From NCBI GenBank assembly GCA_023515795.1, contig JALGPX010000040.1:60867-80866 (forward strand): a stretch of 20,000 nucleotides of DNA, in the 5' to 3' direction. This DNA is from Amoeboaphelidium occidentale. Lineage: Eukaryota. The notes under the pieces are model-generated. The model was not told the origin of the DNA, did not search any database, and was given only the letters and a program-made list of their open reading frames with translations. Position 1 is the first letter of the stretch. Each line of letters starts with the position of its first letter. A program made the translations under genes and the position numbers. Below, in pieces: positions 18,146-20,000 of this stretch.

Positions 18146-20000
18146 ATGACTTCGAGTATCAAAGTCATCATATTGTGCCTATGTGCAGCGATCTCAGTTA
18201 CAAGCACCGATAACGACTTCAAGAAGTATCTGTCTGCAAAGAAATCATCATTTGATTATCTTCCTGCATCAATTGTTGGAATGTTTAAGAATTGGACGAT
18301 CAGCTTAGGGGAAAGCGAAGTGCATTTCATTGATGTTGATACAGGTGCTCTAGTCAAAACCATCATAGGTACTTAGCTCTTTTGTCACTTAAATTTAAGG
18401 ATCTTTTACTTTGACTGATGGTAATAGCTTGATGTCCAGAGCTGAAGTGGTTGACAAGTACTTGATGATCTACTGTACAGACAGTGTAATCCAACATTGG
18501 GATCTTGAAACTGGAGAGATCGTAAGAGAAATCAAGCCTTCAAGGAGTGGCAACCCCAACAGGGACTGCGTTTGGCATTTTGATTTAGACCTTGTCTTCT
18601 GCAGTCTAAGCACAGGCTTTGTAAGAAAGATCAACATGGCCACGAAGAAGATTGAGACCGAGTTCGATGCCCATGATAACTATTGTTACCTTCTTGTCAA
18701 CGGATCTCTTCTGTACACAGCAAGTTTTGATGGTTTGGTCAAGAAGTTTGACCTTTTTGGAAACTTGCTGAATACTTTTGAATTAACTCTTGGTTATGCT
18801 AATATTTTGGCCTGTGAAGGCGAATACCTTTTTGTTAATTACTACAACATTGATGTCGATAGGAAGGTGCGTATAGTCAGATGGAATCATATCACGGGAA
18901 TCCCAGAAGAGTTTCCTGTTCCTATGAGCACAATACTTGATCCAAAAAGTGCATCGAGGGATTATTACTTTGCTGTTTCTCTTGGGCCACTAGGTTTCGA
19001 ATATGCACAATTCTTTAAATCTAATTTGTCTGTGGTTCGCGCTGATTTGAACGGACAAATAGGTTACTGGACATTGAAATTTCCAAGTAACGGAATGCGT
19101 TTCTTCTTTGCCTCGAATAATACCATGGTTGAGCTCTTTTTATCGAACGAAGGACTGACTCGTGGTGAAAGTATTTACTTGAAGTATACCACGCCTACCA
19201 TTTCAAATTTTGTGGTCTTGAATGAAACCACTATGATCGCTGTGTCTTCCACTCAAAGTAACGTGAAGTTCACTTCAAGATTTATAGATTTTCCAACTGG
19301 ATTTTTTTCGAAAGTTGTTGATACTTTTGCTGGGCATTCAAGATTTCTTGTTTCCGGAGACTTTATTTATGCCGCTGTTGGAACAAAACTTGTGGCTTAT
19401 CACATGGCTAATTTGTCATTGGCTTGGGCATCTCCTGATATATCCCCGCAGAATATCGGTTATTTTGAGGTGAAAGATGATGTCATTTATTTTTCTTCTT
19501 TAAATTACGCCGGATGGTATAATGCAACCACTTTTGAGAAGATTGGTTTGATTGTCATACAAGATACATTTTTTGGATCACCTGCTTTCTTTAATGGCGT
19601 GTTGTACGCATTTTATACATCAAACAGTGTTTACGCATTAGACCTTACCGACGGTCGAATTCTGAGGCGTTACCCTGGAATGTCTAGTATTATATCATAT
19701 GTTCTGATACACGGAGATCATGTTTATATCGCAAGCGCTGACACTTTCATCTATAAATTCGGAATTGAGGATGAAGTTTTTCAATTAAGATTCATGGGTC
19801 ATACTAGAGATGCGATAACGATCCTGATAAGAGGTCAGAATATGTATTCTGGGTCAGTAGATCAGACGATTCGGAAGTGGAACATCGACACCGGCGAGTC
19901 GCTGTTTATCTATTACGGACACAACGAGGGTGTAAATCAACTGTCTATTTACGACTATTACATGTTCTCTGCTACCAACAAAGAGGTGAAGATCTGGGAT
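18146..20000 (+). CDS. Secreted or membrane beta-propeller protein (divergent PQQ-like + WD40 blades), 3'-partial; exons 18146-18368, 18400->20000; probably another receptor-like kinase
   Basis: Signal peptide MTSSIKVIILCLCAAISVTS; 31-nt intron; then a stop-free frame from 18402 to the window end with IQHWDLETG, LLYTASFDGLVKKFD, GSPAFLNGVLYAFYTSNSVYALDLTDG, GHTRDAITIL..MYSGSVDQTIRKWNIDTG, GHNEGVNQL...VKIWD. Absent from the ORF track because it has no stop codon in the window. Confidence 0.85.
18369..18399 (+). other. Spliceosomal intron, 31 nt, phase 1
   Basis: GTACTT...CTTAAATTTAAG; links the 74-codon signal-peptide exon to the long open frame. Confidence 0.8.

Noticed and set aside
1..20000. 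CRISPR arrays, tRNA/rRNA, transposase/RT genes, terminal inverted repeats or TSDs around the F-box/CRN block
   Set aside because: None recognised by eye; a self-dotplot, tRNAscan-SE and Infernal would be needed to exclude weak cases.

Overview
Compact, AT-rich eukaryotic DNA read in the standard genetic code, with tiny (31-35 nt) GT-AG introns. All supported genes are on the + strand. The window holds a tandem array of single-pass receptor-like kinases built as signal peptide + about 21 WD40-type blades (about three beta-propellers, predicted extracellular) + Ser/Thr stalk + TM helix + conserved juxtamembrane motif + non-RD (HCD) Ser/Thr-type kinase. The kinase stops right after subdomain IX in every intact copy. 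There is one 5'-partial copy (1-1762), two complete 4-exon copies of 1205 aa each (2260-5977, 7106-10828), a kinase-tail relic (about 17711-17968) and a divergent secreted propeller gene running off the right edge (18146->20000) whose long second exon the ORF track misses. Copies 2 and 3 share a 496-bp block identical by eye across the kinase core, while their ectodomains are strongly diverged. The array is interrupted by an F-box / Crinkler-like (Ubl header + P-loop NTPase + PD-(D/E)xK-like + HhH) / F-box block. Three N-gaps flanked by duplicated sequence are assembly artefacts. The features suggest an early-diverging fungus or fungal relative such as an aphelid, which is inference only.
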